Assembly (NCBI GenBank): GCA_051942205.1
Contig: JAVECO010000182.1
Coordinates: forward strand, 1-44,883
Direction: 5' to 3'
DNA length: 44,883 nucleotides
DNA from: Coniocarpon cinnabarinum
Taxonomy: Eukaryota
Both the position numbers and the translations under genes were made by a program. Shown in pieces: positions 34,288-44,883 of the stretch; the stretch's first letter is position 1; each line of letters begins with the position of its first letter. The notes beneath the pieces are model-generated. The model was not told the DNA's origin, did not search any database, and worked only from the letters and a program-made list of their open reading frames with translations.

Positions 34288-37200
34288 TTAGGCACCTTCA
34301 AATTCGTCGCCGTGGAACATGCCGTCTTCAGGTCCATGTCCACCCGTTGCAGTGCGGGTGATACCACTCATCCGCTCAGCGCCTGGACTATACTCCCAGT
34401 CGGGCATGTCGTCCTCAGTGTCGAAATCATCTTCTTCCATAGCATCTTCATCGTCGTCTTCGTCATACTCATTATTGGCTTGTCTTTGCTCGAAGTTCTT
34501 GTCCATGCTGCTCTCATCGACAAAAGTAAACCCTTTGAACTTGGCTTGCATGGTGGGACTGAGAGGGGTCGCGGCATTGTCGATGCCACTGGCGAGCGCA
34601 GCAGCCCGTGCATTGAGGCTGCTGGCGCCATTGAGAGCATTGGTGAACTCGGGGTCGAAATTTTGTGTGTCCGTTTCAGACTTCAACCTTGGTTTGAATG
34701 GTGGCACGAGATCTTTCTGTCCTAGAGCTTGCCAGTCGATGTCTGCAAAGAACGCATGGTTCTTGAGCTCTTCCGCGTCGCCGTTGGCTCCAAGCCGATG
34801 TTTAGGGTTGCGATTTAAGAGGCCTTTGACGAAATTGCGCCCATCAGTACTCAGCGCGTCTCGTGGGAAGCGGACCTTGCCGAAGGCAATGTTTTTGTAC
34901 ATCTGTTGGGTGTCCTCAGCGTAGAACGGTGACCACCCGCAGCACATCTCAAAAACGAGCACGCCCAAGGACCAGAAGTCCACCATTTTCGTGTAACCAG
35001 CTTCATCGAGTAGCACCTCTGGTGCGAGGTACTCCGTGGTGCCGCAGAATGTATTGGTAGTTTCATCTTTGGTCAGGTTCGCCTTTGACAGGCCGAAATC
35101 GCACAGCGCGATATGGCCATTTGCGTCAAGCAGGATATTCTCAGGCTTCAAATCCCGGTAGACGATGTCGTGTTGGTGAAGGTGTTGTAGTGCGAGTATG
35201 AGTTCAGCAATGTAGAACTTGGCTCGTGCTTCGTGGAAACGGCCTTCTTTCTGTAGATGCCAGAACAGCTCCCCACCTGACATGTAGTCTGTGACCAAGT
35301 AGAGGTCTGTCGGCGTTTGGAACGAGAACTTGAGGCCGACAATGAATGGCGAGTGAGTCATGGCTGTTCGTACAAGGATATTTCTCTCCCCAACAGTGTG
35401 CTGCACTTCTTTTTTCTGTACGATGACCTTCTTGGACAGCACCTTCATCGCGTAGACGCGCTGTGTGTCTTTCTTGCGTACTTGGAAGACCTGACCAAAA
35501 GTGCCTTTGCCGATGAGCTTCAGGATGCCAAAGTCTTCTGGACCATTATGTCGCTTCTCTTGAGGGAGGTATGCCAGGCGCAAATGGATCTCTCCGCTGA
35601 CCTCTTCCTTCACACCATGTCTCGGTTCGAGCTTGAACCATTGATCAAGCACCGTTCCCTCATGCGTCAATTGCGGAGAGAACCGCACATGGCCGAGGAA
35701 GGCCTCAGATCTTGAGTGGTCATAAACTGAAACATCAAGTTCTGTGTCATCACCGACTACGTCAAACGTTGCGTCATGATTCCACACTGGCTCTGTCATC
35801 GACTCTTGCTCTTTCGAGTTGATACCCGTATGACTACTCTGGCGACTCCTCATCGGTATGGCCATGGCCCGCCCCGTGCCGCTGTCAGATCGCTGCATGG
35901 GCAAGGCCCGAAGGCTGTTCGGACTCGAGTCATTGGTGGCATCGCTGTCACTGCGCGGACCTTTCGAGATGTACTCGTTGGACTGGAACTGACAGATCAC
36001 ATATGGCTGTGAGCTGGGGCGCAAGCCTCGGCCGGAAGAGATGGAGACTGCAAGCTTTCCCTTGACCTCGCCCAGAACCGCATCGGCAGTGCTGTCCCGC
36101 GAAAGACTTGAATCGCTGACGGTGTTCGAGAAGAGCGCGGGTCGAGTACTCGGAGACGATGTTCGCGAGGGTTTAGAGGTTTGCGACAGTGATCGTGGTG
36201 TTCGTGGAGGTGTGTTCTGACGAGAGGTGATCTTTGTCAGCCCTTCACTCGAACGACGAGAAGCTGCGTCTTCGGCATGAATTGCTTGAAGGGAAGAAAG
36301 GGGCGCGCAGGTAGAAGCAGGTGTAGGAGGGGAGATGTGTGCAGCATGGACAGTGGAGGTCACCACACCCGATTGGGGCTTTGACGACAGCGTTTGTCTG
36401 CGCAACCTGGTCACCAGTTCATTGACGCCTGTGTCTTTTGCAGGCGACTCATTGGTGCGGGGCAGTTTGCTGTTGTCTTGGCCTTTATCGCTCGGTGGGG
36501 TGGGGTTCGCGTGGGAGAACTCAGAGGTGCCAGATGAAGAAGACGTGGGTGGAGTTGGATACGGCTGTGGGGCTTTCAAACGTTCTTGCTTTTTGGTGGC
36601 AATGCGATCCAAACCCTCCTGCTGCAGCAAAGGGACTGGCGCATTGATGTTGCCACACGACGATGGGCGCGACATTGGCGAGTCTGGCAGCGCGATGAGG
36701 TGCGCTTCAGTTGGACTCGACCTGCCGCTTGTCTTGTCCATGCTTCTTCGAGGGTGTGACGCACACATGTGCGTATGTCTTCTTGAGAGATGTGATGGTG
36801 AAGAGGGGCGAGAGGACGAGTTGCGCAAAGAGGGGTGGCGGGTGGCAGACTTGCGACGCGAAGACGAAGACAACACGGTGGAGAGGTTACCAACCTGGCC
36901 AAAGTAACTGGAGAGGATGCCGGGAAGTCGTTTGTCGTGAGGGTCGGGTTGGGGAGTCGAGATGCCAGGCGGTGTACTGGCGGTGGAGCCGATTTGGTCT
37001 GTGTCTTCTTCGCGTTTGCTGAACAAGAAGTTAGTAATTGCGGCCATGGACGTCAGTCAACAGGTGGCAGGTGAGCCGAGCATGGAGCTGGAAGAAGGTG
37101 GTGGAAATGCGGGTGGCCAAAGACTGCAAAGGCCATAGGCATGCACGAGTAGCGTGGGATGAGAATTTGAAAGGGAAGATGAGAAGAGTGATTGCTGGGA

Positions 37201-37509
37201 GGTGTGCTGTCGAGCTTTGGCCGAAAATCTTCGTTGAGCCAAAGGATAGATCTCGATACGGCAAGGTGGAAGAACGCGCCACATGACTCAGCCACACACC
37301 CTGTCGGAGCACGCGGTGGAACCTGAGAGATGCGTTCTAGAAGGTCTCTTGCGCTCGCGCGATCGGTGCTGCTTTTACTGACGACGGGGCATTCTTCAAG
37401 TGCATTCTTGCGCAGAGGATAGACACAGCCTGACTCTGTCGACTTACCTGTGGAGAAGAGCCTGCCTCATGAGCGTGTCTTGGCTATTTCCGGGGACCAG
37501 AGTGGCCAT
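34288..37509 (-). CDS. SCH9: Sch9/Sck1-type AGC Ser/Thr kinase with C2 domain
   Basis: C2 domain; GKGTFG, YRDLKPEN, DFG, TNTFCGTTEYLAPE; hydrophobic motif FKGFTF. Probable exon 1 at 37509-37448 (MATLVPGNSQDTLMRQALLH) joins in frame through intron 37447-37019 (GTAAGT..CTAAC..CAG). Confidence 0.95.
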
Positions 37510-39783
37510 GACGAAATCGGTGAGATCTGGACCTCAGTCCTGCTGCGCTGCGCTCCAGATCGAGGTTGCAAGGCGCGTAGTAGGTACTCTCGCGCGAGCC
37601 TCCAGCGCTGCGGGTGTGGTGATGGAGGTAGAGAGTGAAGCAGCGCACGGGAGTATGAACGTGGTGGACACGTTGTGTAGACGGGTGGAGTGTTCAGGTG
37701 GATAAATTTGGGGGAGAGGGCAGAGAAACGTGCAATAGCCGACTAAAGGGTGTCGGAGAGGCGGGACGCTTGAGTCAGGCCGTCGCAATCGATTGACGAG
37801 ACGCGTGCTCCCAAGGCGGCCTCGCGCTGCGGATATTTGCGCCTTATGTATCGCTACTTGAGCGCTAGGCGAGGCGCAACGCGTGTGTGCCGCGCAGCAG
37901 GGGAGCAAGGGGTCGTGGGTGCTGAGCTGCACGTCCAGGATGAGACGACGGATGGAGGAGGCTTCTCGAGCTGAGACTGAGAGAGAGAAGGGGACGAAAG
38001 CGGGTTGGTGGGCGGGCTTCCGCGACAGGCGTCTCCTTTAGTAGGTAGCGCGGTACACAACAGGGCAGTAAATAGTGGAAATGCTGGCAAATGACGGCAG
38101 ATAGCACGCGTCATCCGTTCCAGGCAAGGCAATGTGCAAGGCAATTTGGGCCAGAGGTGATGCCTGGGGGGAGCGTGCCGTTGCGATTCCAATACCAAAG
38201 CGACAGCAGCCGTGGCGTAGTGCTTCTCAAGCTCCTCCTGCTCGTCGTATCCTGGATGCAATGATGACCAACAATCCCTGCTCCTCACCTCACCGCTCTG
38301 ACGCTGAGCCCACGCATCCCACATCTGCGTCCACATCCACTTTGCATCCGGTGCGGCCAGTGCAGCCAGTGCATGCCACCACGCAAGGCCGGGAAGCGCC
38401 CTGCAGTGCCAATGCAGCTCTGCCGTCTACAAAGATAGGTCTTGCTCCATATCTGCAGCCTTCTCCATGCAACTCCTTCTCCAATTGAGAAGGGGCTCAT
38501 ACATCTCTCCCGAATCCACAGCAGACCATCTGTCTGCAGACCGACATTGCACTTTCTTCCCTTTTGATTGTCCCTTGATCCCTGACGAACTCGTTCATGA
38601 ACTTATACTTTTGTGCGCATTGTAGGTTACTCTTCTCCACAGCACCCACAACCCCCGGAACAAATTGCGCCGCATCTGTTGCTTCGGTCTCACCCGCTTG
38701 AATGTCTACGTGGACGCATCATATGCATTTAAGCCTCAGGCAGTCCCTTGTTTGACAACAAACGGCCATCACATGGAGCAACCATGTTGCTGCATACGGC
38801 ACTGAGATGTTCAGCAAAAGGCGGGCCTTGCGCTACGCAACAACCTGTAGTCTAACACAAGAAAAGATCACACAGTTTGTGTTACAGGAGGCGGAGAAAT
38901 CATCAGCCGGAAGATCGCCGGCGTCTGCGAAGCCTGAAGAGAAAGTAAGAATAAATTCAAGTCGTGCAGTTCCGAGATATGTACACGATCGATCGATGGT
39001 CGGCGTGGCGGGGCGGACGAGAAAATGGAGAACGGGGCAATCTTGGCACCAAGCCTCGCTTCACACTACCTAGCCAGGAACGCGTCTTGCTGCAGCCTCT
39101 GTCTCCGCGTCGCCGCCGACAACACTCCTGAAAGTATCTTGGATTCCTTGAAACACATTGAATCCATGCTCCGTCAGCGAATACCGTTTTGGCAAAGGGT
39201 TTGTCCTCTCGGATTAGTCGGCGCGTCCGGGATTTGGTCTTCTAGCTTCACATGCGCTCGGCGCCTCGGCCCAAGATGTGCTATTTGATCCAGTACTCCC
39301 CACTTGCGAAGATCCATGCACCCATTGACATCCAGGTAGCAAATCGCAGGTCGCCGTCAACGGCCCTTTCGCCCCAGCTCCGCTGTCGTGCAAGTCATGT
39401 CGTCTTCAAACGACCAAACATGCGCTGCACGAGTTGGCTTGCCTGGTCCACTTTCCTCTTTCTTGCCTCACTGCCGACGCTCGTCTCAGAGCCCCGCCTT
39501 GTCGTCGCTTGACGAGGACGCCGGAGCAAAGACTGCGCCTAGGTATTTGCCTAATTCTGCAAGGGTCCGCCAATGGAGCAGGCCCTTTCAGTACATCTTC
39601 GGTGAGTGGATTTTGGCCAAACCGGGAGCGTTATGGCGGAGGATGGTGGCTGCATGGCATTCAAAAGAAAAGAGGGTACACGTATCGTGAAATGCGCGTG
39701 TAGCTTCACACATTGCGCCTTCTGCTCACGAACTACTGAAGGACCTTCTCCAAGCAAGACAGGCAGTGTTTTCATGATTAGAA

Positions 39784-41270
39784 ATGTCTCGTAATGTGCG
39801 CTGTTCACTCACTGTCCTGTCTTTGGTGTGCGCGTCTATAGTGTCAGCTACTAGCACCAGTGGATACGACAGATATTTAAGACAGCCACTGCGGCGGCAA
39901 GCGTCAAGCAGTGTTACACCGCCGAGTCAAGATCCCTTCTATCAGCCCCCTGCAGGATGTAGGTTAAGACCTCGTGTTCCACAGCATATCGATTTCCCCT
40001 GACTAAACTTTTGCAAGATGAGTCCAGTGCACCAGGTACGATACTCAATTCTCGACAAATTTCTCCTGCAGTTGGCGGCTCGACCAATACCTATCAATTG
40101 CTGTACCGGTCGACCGACTCCAAGGGAAACCCCAATGCTGTTGTCACGACGATCTTCGAACCCGAGGTGGCAGATCCCAGGAAACTGCTTTCTGTGCAAG
40201 AGCCATACGGTTAGTAATAATCAATCACAGTGGATGGCCCCTGCGCTCCGAGCATCTTGTAGTGACACCCATGATCAGATGCAGCCTTTGTAGATTGCAG
40301 CCCCAGCTACACCTTTCAAACTGGCGGTAACGTCAGCGCCGATTCCTTCATCGCCAGTGGCCTTGCAGATGGCTGGTATGTCGCTTCACCTGACTTCGAG
40401 GGTTTCAACGCAGCCTTTACGAATGGCTTGCAGTCTGGTCAGGCAACACTAGATGGGTTGCGAGCAGCGCTGAACTCGAATAGCATCACTGGCATCGACA
40501 GTGATGCCGCATATGCAATTGGAGGGTATTCAGGCGGCGCACTTGGCTCTGAATGGGCAGTTGAGCTGTGAGTTTGCGTCTAAGGTCTTTTCAGCATGAT
40601 CTGCAGCGTTCAGGTCAGCTGCAAAGACTTTGGTGGAATGACGGCGGGTATGCATTCGCTGACGCTCGCATACAGACAGCCAAAATATGCCCCGGAGCTG
40701 AAGATCGCTGGCGCTGCATTGGGAGGACTCACACCGAACGTGACGTCCGTACTCTTCACTATCAGCGGTACTGCATTCGCAGGTCTAGGTCCTGCCGGCA
40801 TCCTTGGACTCTCCGCCCAAGATCCGGACTTTAGAGCATACGTGGAGAGCTTGCTGGTCCCGGCTAATGCGACAACCTTTGAGAAGGCTCTCACGCAATG
40901 TTTGACAGACGACATTGCGACGTTCTTGGGCCAGGACATCACAAACTATTTCGTCGGTGGTGCGGCGACCCTGGACAATATGAACGTGACCGACTTCACC
41001 GAGCAGTATGGCATCATGGGTCTGCGCGATACGCCAACGGTGCCATTGTATGTCTACAAGGGGGTGCAAGATCAAATCAGTGTCATCGCAGACACCGACG
41101 CTCTGGTCAATAAATACTGCGCAACCGGTGCCAGCATTACCTACTCTCGGAACTCCACGACAGACCATGTGTCAGAGGCTGCAGCAGGGCAAGACGCCGC
41201 GTTTGCGTTTCTGCAAGATAGAATCAATGGGGTGCCAGCCGCTCCAGGGTGCACCACGACAACGGTATAG
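39784..41270 (+). CDS. Secreted lipase (LIP / CAL-A-like family)
   Basis: Signal peptide, PPSQDPFYQPP, YQLLYRSTDS, CSPSY, PDFEG, nucleophile motif GYSGG (about 40524-40538) and YAPEL. Three GT-AG introns with donors at about 39959, 40210 and 40568. Confidence 0.93.
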
Positions 41271-42517
41271 AAATGAATCAATTCATTTTCCTCCAATGAG
41301 TTTCGTATTTTGTCCACGCTTGTACATATCTGAATGAATGGTTGTTTGAACGAAACTCCTAGCAGCGTCGGGCTTCACCGAGATCAAGGTGGAGTCTTCG
41401 AAGGCGATGTCTCCGATGCAAGATGTCGTGCAGAAGAAAGAGGGGCTGGGGCCATCGATAGTAGGCAGCTTGTTGAGCCTCAATGTTGCGTCAGATTGCA
41501 TCACGTGCCCTCGACGGGCCGAACCTGTCGGCCGCAACTGCAGCCGGCAGCCGGGAGCTTGACCGCTTGGGCCCCTGATCACAACCACTTCTTCCCGCTC
41601 CCCTCGAATCCTTCGCCAACTCTCCCATCAAGCCAATCGATGCTGCCCGCCGAATCCTTTCGCTTATCTGGACGACCGGGGGCGTCCTGAATAGGTCCGC
41701 TGGGGGGCCAAGAGCCCACCACTTCCAGCAGCAGGATGCGCAGTCCTCAAGTCATTCCAAATCGTCATGTTCCTTGGTCTACCACGTCCAGGAATGTGAC
41801 GCCAAGACGCTTCAGCATGAGGACGGATCGCAATGTCGTCTTTCTTGCGTGCGGGAGACTGATGTAGATCATGACCACTGCCGACGACCGGCGTCGGACT
41901 AGTGATGCTGGGTGCCTGATCCAGCAAAGTCCTACCACTTCAGTCCACCCACTACCCCGACAGTTCCTGCCATGTCCCCGTGGACTTTGCGTTTGACGAC
42001 TGCGATCTCGCCTCTGACTGGCCAAAATAATCGATTTGTGAGGTACACGTGTGTGGTTTCCCTCATGTCTCTCGACAACATGCTCTTGATCGCTTCCATT
42101 ATGTCTTTACTTCGCGTGGGATCTGGTAGGTGGTGCAGAGAAGCCGATGATTCATCGAAATCTCACGAGTCAAAGATTCTCCCCCACCGCCACCATGACA
42201 GGCGATGGAACCAGTCTAGTCGTGCACGGGACGGGTACATCAGCTGCACTGGTGTGCTTGTGGTCCTCGCGTGCTACATCTTGCCACGAGGGATCGTGGG
42301 TTCTGATAGCCTTCCCGTCAATGCGAGGTGCATCCGCGAAAAAGTGGGACCTGAATGCTTCCTCCGCCTCCACAGGATGGCCCTGACGCGGCCTGAATAA
42401 ACCCCAGTCTGTTCGCAAGAAAGAGTCCGTTCTTTTGCTTTCTCATCCTCCCTTCCAATGCTGCTCTTGCCCTCTGCATGGTGACCGAGCTTATCTTGCT
42501 TGACCGTGGGCTCACTT

Positions 42518-43844
42518 ATGGCCGCGGCGCAACCCCCGGGGAATGTCAGTGGCCTGGATGGCGCAACCACCAATGCTATATGCTGGCTCTTCTTGGGGTT
42601 GGCAACCGCAACTCTGGTGGCCCGCTTGGTGTCGCGGATCCACCTTACCAACCACTATGGCATTGACGACTCCATGATCATTCTCGCCTATCTCTTTCTC
42701 GTCGCCTTGACCATCCTCAACTCGGTCGCCGTGAGTGCCGGGGCAGGGACTCACATCTACGACCTGACGCCTGAGCAACAAGTGAATGCTAATAAATGGG
42801 TGTTTATCTTGCAATGTCTCTCAGCATGGACCTTGGCGATGCCGAAGCTGTCGGTTGTGGCTCTCCTTGTCCGTGTCTTTGAACCCCGAAGATGGGTTTC
42901 CATTCTACTCTATACCCTGGCTGTCCTCGGAGTGATGCTCGCGCTTGTCACTACCATTGTTTGGACACAGCAGTGCAAACCCATCAACAAGATTGTAAGT
43001 GACCGTAGTGTTGTCGCAGACATCGTTCAGACCTTCTAACTCCCTCGTTAGTGGGACCACTCTGTGGAAGGGAAGTGTTGGCCAATGCAGGTTGCGTACA
43101 TCATGGCTGAAGTCCAATTCTGTAAGCATAGGGCCGTCCCATACACTCGTCCAACATTGTGGCACTGACCCCACGTATCAGCCCAATCTGTTGTCTACGA
43201 CTTCATCTTCGCCATCTACCCCGTCACCATCCTCATGCAACTCCAAATGAGCATGCGCCGCAAGCTCGGCGTGTGCGCGAACATGTAAGCACTCTTTTAG
43301 TTTCTTTCAGCATCATTAAACATCGCCATGCTGACAGAACCATTACAGGGCTCTCGGCATCCTCGCCGGCATTGTCGGCATCGTCAAGCTCGCCCGCCTC
43401 CATCTTGTCGACAAAGGCAACCGCCTCGACCCCACCTACGCCGAAACCCAAGTCTCCATCGAAGTGGAAATGGAAGCCGCGCTTCTCGTCATCGCCGCCT
43501 GCATCCCCACCTCCGGCCCCGTCCTGGGCCGTCTCAAGAACTTCGTCGTCTCCTCGGTCACTGGCTCCTCTGGCAAAAGTCAAGGACCAACGACGTATCC
43601 GGCCACGATCAGTCAGCCCAAGGTGGATCGCCGCAAGGCGGTTGACGATCTTGAGTATGGTGATGCGATTCCGATGACGGCGTATGCGGCTTGGCCTTCT
43701 AAAGAGCAGGAGGGCCTTCCGAAGGGGCATGCGAGGGTGGAGAGTTCAGGCACTTTTTATGATGCCAGGGGTGGGACTTTCTTTGAGACGGAAGCGGATC
43801 GGAAGAGCTCGGCGGAGGGGCGAAGGAGCTCGGACGGGCTGTAG
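42518..43844 (+). CDS. Pth11-like (fungal rhodopsin-domain) integral membrane protein, no CFEM
   Basis: ARLVSR..YGIDD, GAGTHI, PKLSVVALLVRVF, QCKPI..WD, QMS.RRK and EAALLVIAACIP. Three GTAAG introns with donors at about 42995, 43122 and 43285. Confidence 0.9.
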
Positions 43845-44111
43845 TATCATGAATGTATGTTGATGTAATGTTATCATAGAGGGGCAGCTTCAATGGCGCT
43901 TCATCATTCTTTGACTTGTCCTTTGCTGCTCTTTAAGTGCTTGATGAGTAAGTACTATTGCGTGCTGTGCAAGTGCTGCCCCGTGGCTCTGCTGGCCAAC
44001 AGCATGCGCGTAAACGCTATTGTAGACGTGCTAGGCCGGCGAACGATTCTGCAGCTCACTTCAAGGTGTGGATCAGCGCTGTGTACATGCTGTCATACAT
44101 CGCAGCCCACC

Positions 44112-44883
44112 TCACCCCACTCCTTCCTGACTGCTCGCACCCTTCCGCTCCGCCTCCTCAATCCGCAGCAACAGCACAGAAATAGTCTTATCCCTCGCCT
44201 TCTCCAGCCGTTTCAACACCTCCAATTTCATGCTGTCATATCCCGGCTTTGCAGGACTCTGCGCAGCTGCCTTCTCCACCTTGCTCGGGGCCGCGCTTCG
44301 AACCGCGCTGATTCCTTCGTCATTCGCTGTCGTGCGCGTCGTGCCATCCTTGTGCTGATCTGTCGTGGTTGTAGCTCTGGTCTTTTCTTCGAGAAGCTGC
44401 CGCAAGACGTGGATGCTTTCGTCTCTTTCGTGCAGAATGTCCACCATCTTTTTCGTCTCTGCATCATCGCCCCTCACCTCTTCAGCGCCATGCACTCTCC
44501 TTCTTTTCAGCTCGGTTCCCTCCCCGTTCACCATCTTCGTCTTGTCATCACCGACGCTCTCCCTCCAAACGCGGATAGCACCTCGTCCCACCTCCTCCAA
44601 ATGCCGGAACCGCACCGGCCCCAATAACACACCGCCATACCACCTCGCCACGCATATCGAGCCCTCCACCCTTTCGTGTTCCAACAATCGCTCAAGCGTC
44701 TTGCCGCCGTATTTCTCGCCGTCGTCGTCGCTCCAGCTCTCCAAGATGCCGAGACCCGAGATCGTCCTCTGCGTTCCGCGAGTGCGGGACGCTGTGATTT
44801 TGTGGGTTGCGCTCTGGAACTCGGGGAGGGATTGGAGACGGAGTGATTGCGCTTTGGGATCTGGGCGGGAGGCGGTGGTGGGG
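44112..44883 (-). CDS. IMPACT/UPF0029-family protein (5' end outside the window)
   Basis: ATHKITA, DDDGEKYGG and VARWYGGVLLGPVRF. Confidence 0.88.
   Translation of the reverse strand, partial: PTTASRPDPKAQSLRLQSLPEFQSATHKITASRTRGTQRTISGLGILESWSDDDGEKYGGKTLERLLEHERVEGSICVARWYGGVLLGPVRFRHLEEVGRGAIRVWRESVGDDKTKMVNGEGTELKRRRVHGAEEVRGDDAETKKMVDILHERDESIHVLRQLLEEKTRATTTTDQHKDGTTRTTANDEGISAVRSAAPSKVEKAAAQSPAKPGYDSMKLEVLKRLEKARDKTISVLLLRIEEAERKGASSQEGVG

Noticed and set aside
37600..39700. ORFs between SCH9 and the lipase
   Set aside because: Low-complexity chance ORFs in a divergent promoter/UTR region.
148..44627. Antisense and shadow ORFs over real genes (e.g. 148-672, 1552-2301, 34319-34924, 43893-44627)
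   Set aside because: Explained by GC-rich codon bias of the genes on the opposite strand.

Overview
This is eukaryotic DNA from a filamentous ascomycete: the introns are short GT-AG introns with CTRAC/CTRAY branch sites. A Dothideomycete source is a guess. About 16 protein-coding genes can be supported: a small acidic protein, ILV2 (with upstream Leu3-type and Gcn4-type sites), a stand-alone adenylation-domain enzyme, a MaoC-type peroxisomal dehydratase, two EthD paralogues, a secreted repeat peptide precursor, a Zn2Cys6+C2H2 transcription factor, two paralogous hypothetical proteins, a CBM18-GH18-LysM chitinase, mitochondrial bL9, SCH9 kinase, a secreted lipase, a Pth11-like membrane protein and a partial IMPACT-family gene. 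The outstanding feature is a tRNA-Arg(CCG) gene at 8644-8895 split into four exons. One intron is a canonical endonuclease-type 37/38 intron. The other two look like spliceosomal (mRNA-type) introns, one in the D-stem and one in the acceptor stem. Removing all three yields a complete 72-nt cloverleaf. All gene models were read by eye; no searches or folding programs were run.
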